DNA from: Candidatus Bathyarchaeia archaeon
Lineage (GTDB): Archaea; Thermoproteota; Bathyarchaeia; Bathyarchaeales; Bathycorpusculaceae
Assembly (NCBI GenBank): GCA_049512935.1
Contig: JBEKWR010000003.1
Span: forward strand, 64,001 to 128,000
DNA length: 64,000 nucleotides
Reading direction: 5' to 3'
The translations under genes and the position numbers were made by a program. Position 1 is the stretch's first letter, and the number at the start of each line of letters is the position of its first letter. The notes under the pieces are model-generated. The model saw nothing but the letters and a program-made list of their open reading frames with translations. It ran no database searches and had not been told where the DNA came from. Below, piece by piece: positions 1-9,507 of the stretch.

Positions 1-575
1 AAGGTTCCAAGGTTACGGTTGTTTATCCCGATCAAGTCAGCTTCAGACTTCACCGCTTCGCGGAACTCGGCTTCGGTGTGGGTTTCAAGCAGAACCTCAA
101 GACCCAGCACGTGGGCGCCAGCCACCATTTCGTCAAGGGTTTTTTCAGTGTAACCCCTGTCAAAGAGCGTTTTAATCAGCAGAACCGCGTCGGCGCCCAT
201 TTTTTTTGCGGCGTAAACCTGCACGGGGCTAAGCACGATGTCTTTCATGATGACGGGAACATCCACCGCTTCTCGAGCCGCCGCTAAAGCCTCCAGTGAA
301 CCGTTGAACTGTTTCGGCTCAGTCAACACGGACACGGCTACTGCCCCGCCCCTCTGCATTTCCCGCGCAACCTCCCCCGCGTTAACGTTTTCACGTATGA
401 CGCCTGCCGATGGAGAAGCCGATTTAATTTCGCCAATGATTGCCGCGGCTTTGCACTCTAAGATTGCCTTGCGCAGGCTGAGGCGCTTGCTCTCCGCTGC
501 TTTTGCCGCTTCGTAGTATTCGCTTTCGATGGTTATTTGCGCGACGCGCGCCAAAACGTCAAAGTAGTCACTCAT
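1..575 (-). CDS. trpC: indole-3-glycerol phosphate synthase (3' end outside window)
   Basis: Manual translation from ATG at 575: MSDYFDVLAR...AIIGEIKSASPSAG...SVLTEP...LMKDI; overlaps trpD stop; not in ORF track because it runs off the edge. Confidence 0.92.
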   Translation of the reverse strand, partial: MSDYFDVLARVAQITIESEYYEAAKAAESKRLSLRKAILECKAAAIIGEIKSASPSAGVIRENVNAGEVAREMQRGGAVAVSVLTEPKQFNGSLEALAAAREAVDVPVIMKDIVLSPVQVYAAKKMGADAVLLIKTLFDRGYTEKTLDEMVAGAHVLGLEVLLETHTEAEFREAVKSEADLIGINNRNLGT

Positions 576-1629
576 ACTTGGCTTCCAACTCCTCAAGCTT
601 CGCTAGGCTTCCGCCTGAAGCCGCAACCAACGCTTTAAGCTTCCCATACGCCGCCCCGCTTTCGATTGATTCACGGGCTAACTCCATGCCCCCCAAGAAA
701 TCCTCCGCTTTCCCGCCAACGATTATTCCCGCGGCGCTGTTGACGAGCACAAACTCGGTTTTCAGGTCATCAACCGCAAGGTTGCCGCTCAGAATTCTGA
801 AGAAGGTTTCAACGCCTTCATCAACGGTTGCCACTTTCAAGTCGGCGACTCGTGCGCGCTTAACTCCAAAGTCGCTGGGCGCGGCTTCGAACTCCACGAC
901 TTCGCCGTCCTTTAGCCACGCAATCAGGGTCTTTCCAACGGTTGAAACCTCGTCTAACCCATCTAAGCCGTGGACAACCATGGCTTCCTCGCAGCCCAGC
1001 CGACGCAGCGCATAAGCCAGCGGGGCGGTTAGTTTGGGGTCGTAGACGCCGAGCAGCTGCGCGTTGGCTGACGCGGGGTTGGTTAACGGTCCGAGGACGT
1101 TGAATACGGTGCGTATGCCTATTTCCCGTCTGGTTTCAGCTGCGAACTTCATTGCTGGGTGGAACGATGGCGCAAACATGAAGCCTACCCCGACCTTCTC
1201 AATCATGCACTTAACCGCCTCAGGCTCCAGATACAGGTTGAAACCGAGTTTTTCCAGCACATCCGCGCTTCCACTCTTGCTGGTCACCGACCTGTTCCCG
1301 TGCTTGGCAACCGCGACGCCTGCTCCCGCGACGACGAAGGCGGCTGCCGTGCTCACGTTGAAGGTTTTTATTTTGTCTCCGCCTGTCCCGCACGTGTCAA
1401 CGAGGCGACCTTTCACGTGGGGGTGAATTTGGCTGCTGTGCTCGCGCATTACCGCGGCGAAGGCGATAAGCTCCTCGACTGCTTCGCCCTTCATTCTCAG
1501 CGCGGTCAGGAAAGCGGCTGTCTGCGAGTTTGTCGCTTTTCCCGACATGACTTCACGCATGATTTCGCCCGACTCGCTGCTGGTGAGGCTGCAGCCTTCA
1601 ATGAGTTTCTGGATGCCTTCCCGAATCAA
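568..1629 (-). CDS. trpD: anthranilate phosphoribosyltransferase
   Basis: DTCGTGGD, KHGNRSVTSKSGSADVLE, GLDEVS motifs; trp operon context. Confidence 0.97.
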   Translation of the reverse strand: MIREGIQKLIEGCSLTSSESGEIMREVMSGKATNSQTAAFLTALRMKGEAVEELIAFAAVMREHSSQIHPHVKGRLVDTCGTGGDKIKTFNVSTAAAFVVAGAGVAVAKHGNRSVTSKSGSADVLEKLGFNLYLEPEAVKCMIEKVGVGFMFAPSFHPAMKFAAETRREIGIRTVFNVLGPLTNPASANAQLLGVYDPKLTAPLAYALRRLGCEEAMVVHGLDGLDEVSTVGKTLIAWLKDGEVVEFEAAPSDFGVKRARVADLKVATVDEGVETFFRILSGNLAVDDLKTEFVLVNSAAGIIVGGKAEDFLGGMELARESIESGAAYGKLKALVAASGGSLAKLEELEAKYE

Positions 1630-2213
1630 AGCCGCCTAGCCTCCAAAAAGTTCCTGATTATGAGTTTGCCGTCTTCGCAGAGGATGGATTCAGGATGGAA
1701 CTGCACGCCGTCAATCGGGTACTTAACGTGGCGGACGCCCATGATTTCTCCGTCGTCAAGGCACTCAGCTGAGATTTCAAGGCATTTAGGAATCGAGCAT
1801 CGTTCTCCAGCAAGCGAGTGGTACCGCGTTGCAGTGAACGGGTTGCGCACGCCTGCGAAGATGCCTTTCTGGTCGTGTTTTATCGTGCAGGTTTTTCCAT
1901 GCATGAGCCTTTGCGCGTGGACGATTTTTCCGCCGTAAGCGTAGATTATTCCTTGGTGACCAAGGCAAACTCCCAAAGTTGGAATCGTGTGGCTCATGGT
2001 CTGAAGGATCCTTGTGCAGACGCCAAAGTACCGCTCGTCCTCAGGCGTGCCTGGACCGGGAGAAATCACAATCCTCTCGGGTTTAAGCTCCGCCAGCTGC
2101 GCCAACGACACCTTGTCGTTTCGGAAAACCACGGGTTCCCCACCAAGTTCACCTATGTACTGGGCAAGGTTGTAGACGAACGAGTCGTAATTGTCGATGA
2201 CGAGCACCTTCAC
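1626..2213 (-). CDS. trpG: anthranilate synthase component II (glutamine amidotransferase)
   Basis: IDNYDSF, SPGPG, GVCLGHQ, QFHPES. Confidence 0.96.
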   Translation of the reverse strand: MKVLVIDNYDSFVYNLAQYIGELGGEPVVFRNDKVSLAQLAELKPERIVISPGPGTPEDERYFGVCTRILQTMSHTIPTLGVCLGHQGIIYAYGGKIVHAQRLMHGKTCTIKHDQKGIFAGVRNPFTATRYHSLAGERCSIPKCLEISAECLDDGEIMGVRHVKYPIDGVQFHPESILCEDGKLIIRNFLEARRL

Positions 2214-3655
2214 TGCTGTGCGCCTCCAGCCTTCTCCAGCGCCTGCATCAACGCCTTCGCCTTATGCTCGGTTTCAAACCACTCTTGCTCAGGCACCGAA
2301 TCAGCCACAATGCCGCCGCCCGCCTGAATGTAAGCTTGGTTCTTGTCAGCGAACAACGTGCGAATTGTTATGGCAAAGTCCGCGTTGCCGTTGTAGGAAA
2401 AATACCCCACGGCGCCAGCGTAAGGCCCCCGCCTGACAGGTTCCAGTTCATCGATGATTTCCATGGCACGCACCTTCGGCGCTCCAGAAACGGTTCCCGC
2501 TGGAAAAACAGCCCGCAACGCGTCGTAGCTTTGAAGGTCGTCTCTCAGTTCGCCCACGACTCGGGACACGATGTGCTGAACGTGGCTGTACTGGTGAACC
2601 TTCATGAACTCAGGCACGTGAACGCTTCCGTACTTGCTGATTCTTCCCACGTCGTTGCGTGCCAAATCAACAAGCATCACGTGCTCGGCGCGCTCCTTAG
2701 GGTCGGCAAGCAACTCGCAAACTAACCTGCCGTTTTCATTGGGGTCTTCAGCCACGGGTCTTGTGCCCGCGATCGGGAAGGTTTCCACGGTTCTGTTTTC
2801 AACCCTGACAAGCATCTCGGGGCTGGCTCCGACGATCTGCCTTTCGCCCGACTTGTAAAAAAACATGTATGGCGAAGGGTTGATGGCTCTCAAAGCCTGA
2901 TAGAACGGGATCAGGTTGCCTTTAACTTGGAACTGGAACCGTTTGGACGGGACAACCTGGAAAATGTCCCCTGCCGTTATGTACTTCTTCGCCTTTTCAA
3001 CCGCCGCCTCATAAGCTTCTTTCTTAATGTTCACCTTAGGCTGCGTGAAAGAAAAATGCTCCGCGTCGGCTGGCTGCCTGAGAAGGTTTTCAACTTCGGG
3101 GAGACGGTTCTCGCCGCGGTAGTAGTAGAACGCCTGCTTTTTTACGTGGTTGAAGATGAAGCCATCGTCGAAAATGCCCATTTCCAAGTCGGGGAAGCAA
3201 AGGTCGTCCCTGCTGTTCTGCGGCAGCTGCTCCCAGTAGCGGACAGAGTCGTAGGAAACGTATCCGACTGCTCCGCCGACGAATCTGAACTCGCTGTTTG
3301 GAACCGCTTGGTCTTTGAGTAGGCGCTCTAAGGTTTGGAGGGGGTCGCATGTTTCTTCAGTGTCTGTCTCGTGGGTTTGTTCGTTTCTGATTTTGGCTTT
3401 CCCGTTTTTCACGGTGAAGGTTACTTTTGGGTCGTACCCGATGAACGAGTATTGTGCGAGTTTTTTTGGTCCTTCGATTGATTCTAGAAGGTAGGCTGTT
3501 TGGTGGTTTTTTTGTAGTTTTGAGAAGATTTCGAGGGGTTGCGCATTCAGGGTGATTTTCTTGATTTTTAGGGGATTATCTGGCTTGGTTTGTGTGGCTG
3601 TTATGCCAAAGGCAATTCCCCATTGCGATTCGTGCTCCGTACGGTTCAGAAGCAT
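2210..3655 (-). CDS. trpE: anthranilate synthase component I
   Basis: LLES, NPSPYM, PIAGTRP, KERAEHVMLVDLARND, GTVSGAPK; true start uncertain. Confidence 0.95.
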   Translation of the reverse strand: MLLNRTEHESQWGIAFGITATQTKPDNPLKIKKITLNAQPLEIFSKLQKNHQTAYLLESIEGPKKLAQYSFIGYDPKVTFTVKNGKAKIRNEQTHETDTEETCDPLQTLERLLKDQAVPNSEFRFVGGAVGYVSYDSVRYWEQLPQNSRDDLCFPDLEMGIFDDGFIFNHVKKQAFYYYRGENRLPEVENLLRQPADAEHFSFTQPKVNIKKEAYEAAVEKAKKYITAGDIFQVVPSKRFQFQVKGNLIPFYQALRAINPSPYMFFYKSGERQIVGASPEMLVRVENRTVETFPIAGTRPVAEDPNENGRLVCELLADPKERAEHVMLVDLARNDVGRISKYGSVHVPEFMKVHQYSHVQHIVSRVVGELRDDLQSYDALRAVFPAGTVSGAPKVRAMEIIDELEPVRRGPYAGAVGYFSYNGNADFAITIRTLFADKNQAYIQAGGGIVADSVPEQEWFETEHKAKALMQALEKAGGAQQ

Positions 3656-3698
3656 ACGTTGATGTATTATTTAAGGCTTATCTGCACAAAAACGTACA

Positions 3699-4028
3699 TT
3701 AAGGCTTGGGCTTAAGCACAGCACTCATCCACTCCAAATACGCCTTCGACCCGTCAACAATCGGCAGCGCCAAAACCTCAGGAACCTCGTAGCTATGCAA
3801 ACGCTTAACCCGTTCAGCAACCTCCCCAAACAGGTCCATCCGCGACTTCATAACCACCAAGCATTCCGCAGCCCTCTCCGTCTGACCACCCCAGTGAAAA
3901 AACGACGTAACTGGACTAACGATGTTAGCGCAGGCGATAAGGCGTTCCTTCAAAAGCATCTGCGAAATTCTTTCCGCCTCTTCCTTATCCTTCGCCGTAA
4001 CAAGAATGACTATGTATTCACTCAACAC
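3699..4028 (-). CDS. cutA: divalent-cation tolerance protein CutA
   Basis: LIACANI, HSYEVPE, YLEW motifs. Confidence 0.93.
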   Translation of the reverse strand: MLSEYIVILVTAKDKEEAERISQMLLKERLIACANIVSPVTSFFHWGGQTERAAECLVVMKSRMDLFGEVAERVKRLHSYEVPEVLALPIVDGSKAYLEWMSAVLKPKP

Positions 4029-4158
4029 TTTTCACCAAGTCAAAGTTGGTTTTTACCAATAAAAACTTGCATGTTTTCCAAAAATTCAGTTTTTCCCGTA
4101 GCGGGTGCTTAAGACATTTAAATTCCCGTTAAGTATTACTTGCAGTGAGGGAACGCTT

Positions 4159-4659
4159 TTGAAAGAGGAGCAGTTTAAAGTTTTAAAGACGTTAAGTGAA
4201 GCCACAAGCCGCATGGATCTGAATGCGTTTGCTGAAAAAGTCGGCCTGACCCCGAACCAGGCAATACTTCAGATTCAAGAACTGGCAAAAGAGGGCTTTC
4301 TGCAGAGGGTCGGAGGCGGGTACGGCATAACTCAGAAGGGGAAAGCAGCCCTTAAAGCCTTCACGCCTGTTCCGAGGGAGAACGGGTTCCATTTTTACTA
4401 CGGTATCGATCAGCCATCGGAGTTCATCGCTGAGTCGCCTGAACAGTTTTACAACTTTATCAAACAAGTCAGAGTCGAATCTATTGAATTCCACCTTTAC
4501 CGGGGCGACTTCAAAAACTGGCTCAACGACGTCCTAAAAGATACTGAGGTTGCCAGCGAATTCGAGCGCGCTAGGGCTGCCGATTTGGAGGGTGAAACTC
4601 TTAGATCGGAACTCTTGAAGCTGCTTGACGCAAAGTACGGGATAGAAGGGTTGGCTTAG
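4159..4659 (+). CDS. winged-helix protein fused to DUF5752-like domain
   Basis: N-terminal wHTH (ELAKEGFL...YGITQKGKAAL); C-terminal FHFY...SIEFHLYRGDFKNWL; TTG start after GAGGGA. Confidence 0.7.
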   Translation: MKEEQFKVLKTLSEATSRMDLNAFAEKVGLTPNQAILQIQELAKEGFLQRVGGGYGITQKGKAALKAFTPVPRENGFHFYYGIDQPSEFIAESPEQFYNFIKQVRVESIEFHLYRGDFKNWLNDVLKDTEVASEFERARAADLEGETLRSELLKLLDAKYGIEGLA

Positions 4660-4665
4660 CTTCGG

Positions 4666-5115
4666 TTACTGGTTAAGCTTAATCCACCATTCGGGAACGC
4701 GGGCGTCTTTGGCGCTATCCCAAGAGTCAAAGGGCTTTATGTCTAAGACTGGCGTGCCATTGTAAGCGTCTAAACCGCGGACAGTTAGAATGTTGCCTTC
4801 AACCTTTAGCAGCTCAACAAGCGTTAAGCCGATGGGGTTCGGTCGCAGGTTGGTTCTAAGCGCGAAAACCCCCAGCAAAGGCATGTCCATTCTGCCTCTA
4901 GGATGCAACTTTAGAGCCCGATGCTGGCTGGTTACTTCGTTGAGCCAGAAAAGCACAAACACGTGCGAAAAGCCTTCGACGCCGTCCAAGGCTTCAACCA
5001 GCTCGGAATTAAGAATTATTTTTGAAATTCTTGACTTGTCTTTAACCTCGTTGCCGACCGCGTCGGTTTTAACGTGACCGATTGGGCTTAAAACGATCTG
5101 CTGTTGAGAAGACAT
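4666..5115 (-). CDS. tsaA: tRNA m6t6A37 methyltransferase TrmO/TsaA
   Basis: GVFALRTNLRPNPIGLT, GLDAYNGTPVLDIKP. Confidence 0.9.
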   Translation of the reverse strand: MSSQQQIVLSPIGHVKTDAVGNEVKDKSRISKIILNSELVEALDGVEGFSHVFVLFWLNEVTSQHRALKLHPRGRMDMPLLGVFALRTNLRPNPIGLTLVELLKVEGNILTVRGLDAYNGTPVLDIKPFDSWDSAKDARVPEWWIKLNQ

Positions 5116-5196
5116 CGGTTGCTCCGCTCAATAATCCAGTGAAGCCGAAACTATATAAGCGTTCGATGGGTAGGACGGAACGGTGGCGTCGGCGCT

Positions 5197-5448
5197 TTGC
5201 CCTTCGTCGAAGACCTTTCGAGGCTTCCAAGCTTCGTAATTGTGGTATGCATGGTAGCTTTCTTTCTCTCGTTTGGTTTACTCTCAAACATCATCGACAA
5301 TGAGGGCGTCCTGTATAACCTCGGGCAGGGCGCATTCATTTCGGTAGTGACTGGCGCAGCATTGTACTTTGCAAGGTATCTAAGCAGGCGAAGAGCCGCT
5401 AATAGGGTTAAATTGCAACCGATAACTCCCAAAGAAACTTCAATCTAA
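5197..5448 (+). CDS. small two-TM membrane protein
   Basis: Two hydrophobic segments and basic tail; TATA-like CTATATAA upstream. Confidence 0.6.
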   Translation: MPFVEDLSRLPSFVIVVCMVAFFLSFGLLSNIIDNEGVLYNLGQGAFISVVTGAALYFARYLSRRRAANRVKLQPITPKETSI

Positions 5449-5473
5449 ACCTGCAAAACGTATTATTCTTTCG

Positions 5474-6178
5474 TTGAGTAACAAGTTTACTATGTTGCGT
5501 ATTGGTCACAGAGGCGCTCGGGCTTACGCGCCAGAAAACACGATTGCAAGTTTTAGGAAAGCGCTGGAAATCGGCGCTGACGCGGTTGAACTGGACGTGA
5601 GGAAAACCAAAGACAACCAGCTTGTTGTCATTCACGACGCGGATGTTAAGCGGACAACTGACGGCGAAGGCTTGGTAAGTGAGCTTACGCTCAAAGAAAT
5701 CAAGGGTTTTAACGCTGAGGGCGGCGAGAAAATTCCGACGTTTGAGGAAGCGCTGGATTTTCTGGATAAGAAGGTCAAGGTTTTTGTTGAGTTGAAGGAA
5801 GACGGGCTTGAAAAGCAGATGCTCGATGTCATTTGTGATATGGGTTTGGAGAAGAACGTTGTACTCGTTTCTTTCTTGGAGGATGCGCTCAGGAAAGTCC
5901 GAGAGCTCAATGCTGAAGTAGAGACGGGGTTAATTTACGCGAAGCATAAGAACCCGCTGAAAGCCGCGCTCGAATTGAAAGCCAACTACTTGGTTGCTCT
6001 CTACAGGTTCATGCACACGGCTAACGTTGAGAAAGCTCACGAGAACGGGTTAAAAGTGGTAGTTTGGACCATAAACACCTTGGAGGAAGCCGAGCAGTAC
6101 GCCGCAAAAGGCGTTGACGGCATAACAAGCGACAAGCCAGACATACTCGCGCATATCAAGCCAAAGCCTAGTGCATAG
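5474..6178 (+). CDS. glpQ: glycerophosphodiester phosphodiesterase
   Basis: GHRG..APENT, ELDV, VIHD, ELK, WTIN, GITSD. Confidence 0.92.
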   Translation: MSNKFTMLRIGHRGARAYAPENTIASFRKALEIGADAVELDVRKTKDNQLVVIHDADVKRTTDGEGLVSELTLKEIKGFNAEGGEKIPTFEEALDFLDKKVKVFVELKEDGLEKQMLDVICDMGLEKNVVLVSFLEDALRKVRELNAEVETGLIYAKHKNPLKAALELKANYLVALYRFMHTANVEKAHENGLKVVVWTINTLEEAEQYAAKGVDGITSDKPDILAHIKPKPSA

Positions 6179-7094
6179 CCAGCGACGCTTTCAAAACCCG
6201 CTCAATCTTCTCCGTTTCAACGCGGCTGTCATCGTTCAGCGGCGTCAAACGTATTTCAGCGGCTGATTTCACCCCGAAACCCAGCTCTGCCGCCCGCTTG
6301 AGTTGGTCTTGCTCAAAAATTTCTGCTTCGCCCACTTTGCCTTTGGCACCGTACATTTTGAGAATCGCGACTCCAACCGCGTCGATGGCTACCCGGTCTC
6401 GGCTTGCAAGCAGAAGGTTCGGCTCAACCAAATTTCCCTTGTCGGGACCGCCCGTCACGAAGGCTTTTATCCCGTCCATCAGAACGAAATCCAGGTTGTA
6501 GTTGTTGTTTATTTCCGCAATCATCTTGCGCTGGTTCGGCGAGCCGTGCAGTTCCCACATGTAATCGTAAATGCCGCCTGGAACCCTTTTAGCGACCAAG
6601 CCCACAGAATTCTTCAGCGACATGGTGAAGTGACCGCCGAACCTATGCGTTTTCAAGCAGCACGTCTGCACCACCTTGTCAGCGTCATGAAAGACTTTAG
6701 CCATGTAAAACCCCCTAATCCAATGGGTCCCTTCCTTCTCGACTTTTACCCAGTCGTCCTTGCCTGCGTCGTTTAAGACGACCGCCTTGAATCCCAGCTC
6801 ATTTGAAAGGGCCAAAACGCCCATTTCCTGGAGAACCCGTTCGGTGTCGCCCATGCCGCTGCGTTCAGCCAAAGTTACGCCGCTCGCCCCCGCTTTCTTT
6901 AAGCCTTGCACAATGGCTCTTAACGTGTCAAGATGCGTCGAGGCTGGGAACGGGTCGGCACTGTTGTAGTTAGCCTTCAAAGCCACCGCCCTGCCCGAGT
7001 AGTCGCCTAAATCAAACTTCTCAAGCAGCGCGGAAACGCCCGTTGCTCTATCCGTGGTTTTTAGAACAAAAACTTCGCCCGAAGAATTAGCCAT
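6168..7094 (-). CDS. DUF362 family protein
   Basis: VALKAN, LKTH...TMSLKNSVG, DRVAIDA motifs. Confidence 0.82.
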   Translation of the reverse strand: MANSSGEVFVLKTTDRATGVSALLEKFDLGDYSGRAVALKANYNSADPFPASTHLDTLRAIVQGLKKAGASGVTLAERSGMGDTERVLQEMGVLALSNELGFKAVVLNDAGKDDWVKVEKEGTHWIRGFYMAKVFHDADKVVQTCCLKTHRFGGHFTMSLKNSVGLVAKRVPGGIYDYMWELHGSPNQRKMIAEINNNYNLDFVLMDGIKAFVTGGPDKGNLVEPNLLLASRDRVAIDAVGVAILKMYGAKGKVGEAEIFEQDQLKRAAELGFGVKSAAEIRLTPLNDDSRVETEKIERVLKASLAMH

Positions 7095-7219
7095 AAAACC
7101 CGCTCCATAAAAACATAAAAGGGCTGGTCAGTTATTAGTTTTTCATTGCTTCAGGCTGCAACAACAAGACCGCAAGCTCTATATTATCCTGTGAAGCCAT
7201 TTTCAAAAGCAAACCGTGC

Positions 7220-7297
7220 GGGTCCGTAGCTCAGTCAGGCTAGAGCATCGGACTCTTAATCCGAGGGTCGCGGGTTCAATTCCCGTCGGACCCGCCA
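7220..7297 (+). tRNA. tRNA-Lys (anticodon CTT), CCA encoded, no intron
   Basis: Acceptor GGGTCCG/CGGACCC, D-arm GCTC/GAGC, anticodon loop CT-CTT-AA, T-arm GGTTCAA. Confidence 0.96.
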
Positions 7298-7438
7298 TCA
7301 TATGTACAAAGAAATACTAGCCTTTTTTCTATTCTGTCTTTTTTCCTCAGCGGATGCTTGCGTTATAGTTTGTCGCTTAGGCAGGAAGAGAAGCCTTTCC
7401 TGAATGTGGTTCGACGTTGACATCCTTTGTATCTACGG

Positions 7439-9004
7439 CTATGCTGTAATGTTCTGCTTTAGCAAAATTAATCTACCTTTAAGTGTTCCAGCAGTGGTCA
7501 TAAAAAGTAATACAATGCTACCATCTTTACCACATGTGACCGCTGTTTTGATTGCTTCTTTCAGGTCACTTGTACCTAACCAAGTACTCTTTAAATTGGG
7601 AATTTCTCTTTGCTTAAGGCTGTCAACTTTTATTGCGATTATGTCGGGATGCCGTTTCATACCATCGTTTATTGGGTTTGAAAGACTGTATGAGCTTAAG
7701 TTCTTTACTTCCACTGTCTTGGCATTAATGATTAAATCTGGATTTTTTCCAGGTTTTCCAAACTGTACTTTAAATCCATAATTGTTTGCTATTCTTGCAA
7801 GTCTACACTCCCAAGATACATTCGAAAGATATTCTCTTAGACTCTCAAGTTTGATGATGCCTTTCCACGGATTTTTGTCTTTTAGTTTTTCAAATTCTCT
7901 CAAATTGCCTCTAATTTCACGTCCGAATTCTTCAGTTTTAGGTATTGTATCAATTCCACTTAAATCGAGTTGATGCAGGTCAACAATTAGAGAAAAAAAG
8001 AATACATCTTTGCCTCTTTCAATTCCCGATGCTAGTAGTACAGATAATGAACAGGCTTCAAGTGCCATCTGTAAATCTACCTCACTGACGTTTATCTTTT
8101 TTAGTAGCCAATTCCATGAATCCAAAACATCTTGGACATTTTTTGCACCAAAAAAGGAAGGGCTATACAGAATGTGACTTAAGCCGACGAAATTGCCATC
8201 TGTCTTTAAGCCGAATGAACCAAAGTTTACACGAATGCTTCCCTCTTCAATTCTGAAAAGTTTTCCGATACTAAATTTAGCTACTTCTTTCCCCTCATCA
8301 TCTAGAATGATATCTGGAAAGGTTTGATTCATCGCTTTCAAAATATTCTCCCGAAGTTGCTCTTCTGCTTTCCAACCTTCACTAGATTTTTGTAAGAAAC
8401 TTAGTTTAAAATTTTGTGGGTCTGTCCCAATTAAAGCCAAGAATCTTAACAGTATCATATTTTCAATAATGCCATCATCCGCAATTTCTTTTCTAAAATG
8501 CCCAAGTCTAAACAGATAGATGCCTATCAACTCTTTGACCAGCATAGCTAGCATTGTGAAGTCAATTGCAATGGTTGCTGTTTTGCCAGATTGATTCAAT
8601 TGTTCGACTGCTTCCTTGAAAAGTTCTTCAGTCTTTCTTTCACTCATCAAAATAACGTTGTCAAACCCAATGAATCCTTCTAAAATATTCATTCTTTCTG
8701 TTTCTGGAAACCGTTCCAAAATCGCTTTCTTTCTAAAAGTCTCTCTAACATAGACATTTAAATAGTTAATTTCTGGCGATTCAGCTTTTGTCTCATTTGA
8801 TTTGAGACTAACAGGGTCTAATAGAGTTATTATTTCCGAATATTTGTTCCATTCGTCATCATTTAGAAGTAGCCATCTAATTGCGGGCTCATCAAAAACC
8901 TCAGATGTGATTGAATCATTATTCACATATTCCAAGGTTATCAATTCACTCCCAATAAAATGCCACAATCCTGCAGGGATGAATATGCTTTTTACCATGT
9001 GCAC
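7439..9004 (-). CDS. hypothetical protein with C-terminal PD-(D/E)XK nuclease-like domain
   Basis: 521 aa, AT-rich; WE...NPDLIINAKTVEVK fits E...PD-x8-EVK. Confidence 0.7.
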   Translation of the reverse strand: MHMVKSIFIPAGLWHFIGSELITLEYVNNDSITSEVFDEPAIRWLLLNDDEWNKYSEIITLLDPVSLKSNETKAESPEINYLNVYVRETFRKKAILERFPETERMNILEGFIGFDNVILMSERKTEELFKEAVEQLNQSGKTATIAIDFTMLAMLVKELIGIYLFRLGHFRKEIADDGIIENMILLRFLALIGTDPQNFKLSFLQKSSEGWKAEEQLRENILKAMNQTFPDIILDDEGKEVAKFSIGKLFRIEEGSIRVNFGSFGLKTDGNFVGLSHILYSPSFFGAKNVQDVLDSWNWLLKKINVSEVDLQMALEACSLSVLLASGIERGKDVFFFSLIVDLHQLDLSGIDTIPKTEEFGREIRGNLREFEKLKDKNPWKGIIKLESLREYLSNVSWECRLARIANNYGFKVQFGKPGKNPDLIINAKTVEVKNLSSYSLSNPINDGMKRHPDIIAIKVDSLKQREIPNLKSTWLGTSDLKEAIKTAVTCGKDGSIVLLFMTTAGTLKGRLILLKQNITA

Positions 9005-9180
9005 ACCTTATGGATTCTATAACTCTGTTTCAGCTATAAATTTTGAGCTAGTGCGTTATATTTAAGAAACCTGTCGCGTTCGCTAATAATTTAATTTTTA
9101 TAAAGTGTTCTTGTTGATAGGATTGTATTTCGTTTAGGCAACTCTGGGGAAAGGGGTAAGCTTACTTCACCCCACCCAGG

Positions 9181-9401
9181 GCTGCTGGGCTTGCCATCAG
9201 ACCCAAAACACAAGTAAACCGCATCGAACAAATCAAAGAAATCATACGGGCATGGGGAGCAAACCCTGAAGAAATCCCTATCCAAAGACGCAGTAATCAG
9301 AGGCAAAATCACAGAAACAACGACCCAGACGCAAAACCATTAGCTCTCGATTCTTGCAAAAACAACTCAAACAGATTATCCGTAAGGCGGCTTCGGGATG
9401 A
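9181..9401 (+). pseudogene. remnant resembling the C-terminal tail of archaeal tyrosine integrases
   Basis: AAGLAIRPKTQVNRIEQIKEIIRAWGANPEEI/LSKDAVIRG...QNH*LSILAK/QLKQIIRKAASG*; two frameshifts and one stop; family link from recall only. Confidence 0.55.
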
Positions 9402-9440
9402 CCCAACTACCTAGTACCTTTTCGCATATATGTAGACTAG

Positions 9441-9457
9441 TCCCGTCGAACCCGCCA
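9441..9457 (+). repeat. attR-like copy of tRNA-Lys 3' end
   Basis: TCCCGTCGAACCCGCCA versus TCCCGTCGGACCCGCCA at 7281-7297. Confidence 0.85.
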
Positions 9458-9507
9458 ATCCAAAAAATTGTGAAACCTTAAACCAGACAATATGTTTAAC
9501 AAAGTGT

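Larger units (their letters stand above)
7281..9457. mobile_element. decayed tRNA-Lys-integrated element (about 2.2 kb)
   Basis: Flanked by 17-bp direct repeats of the tRNA 3' end (1 mismatch); AT-rich interior; broken recombinase-tail-like ORF next to the distal repeat. Confidence 0.75.
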
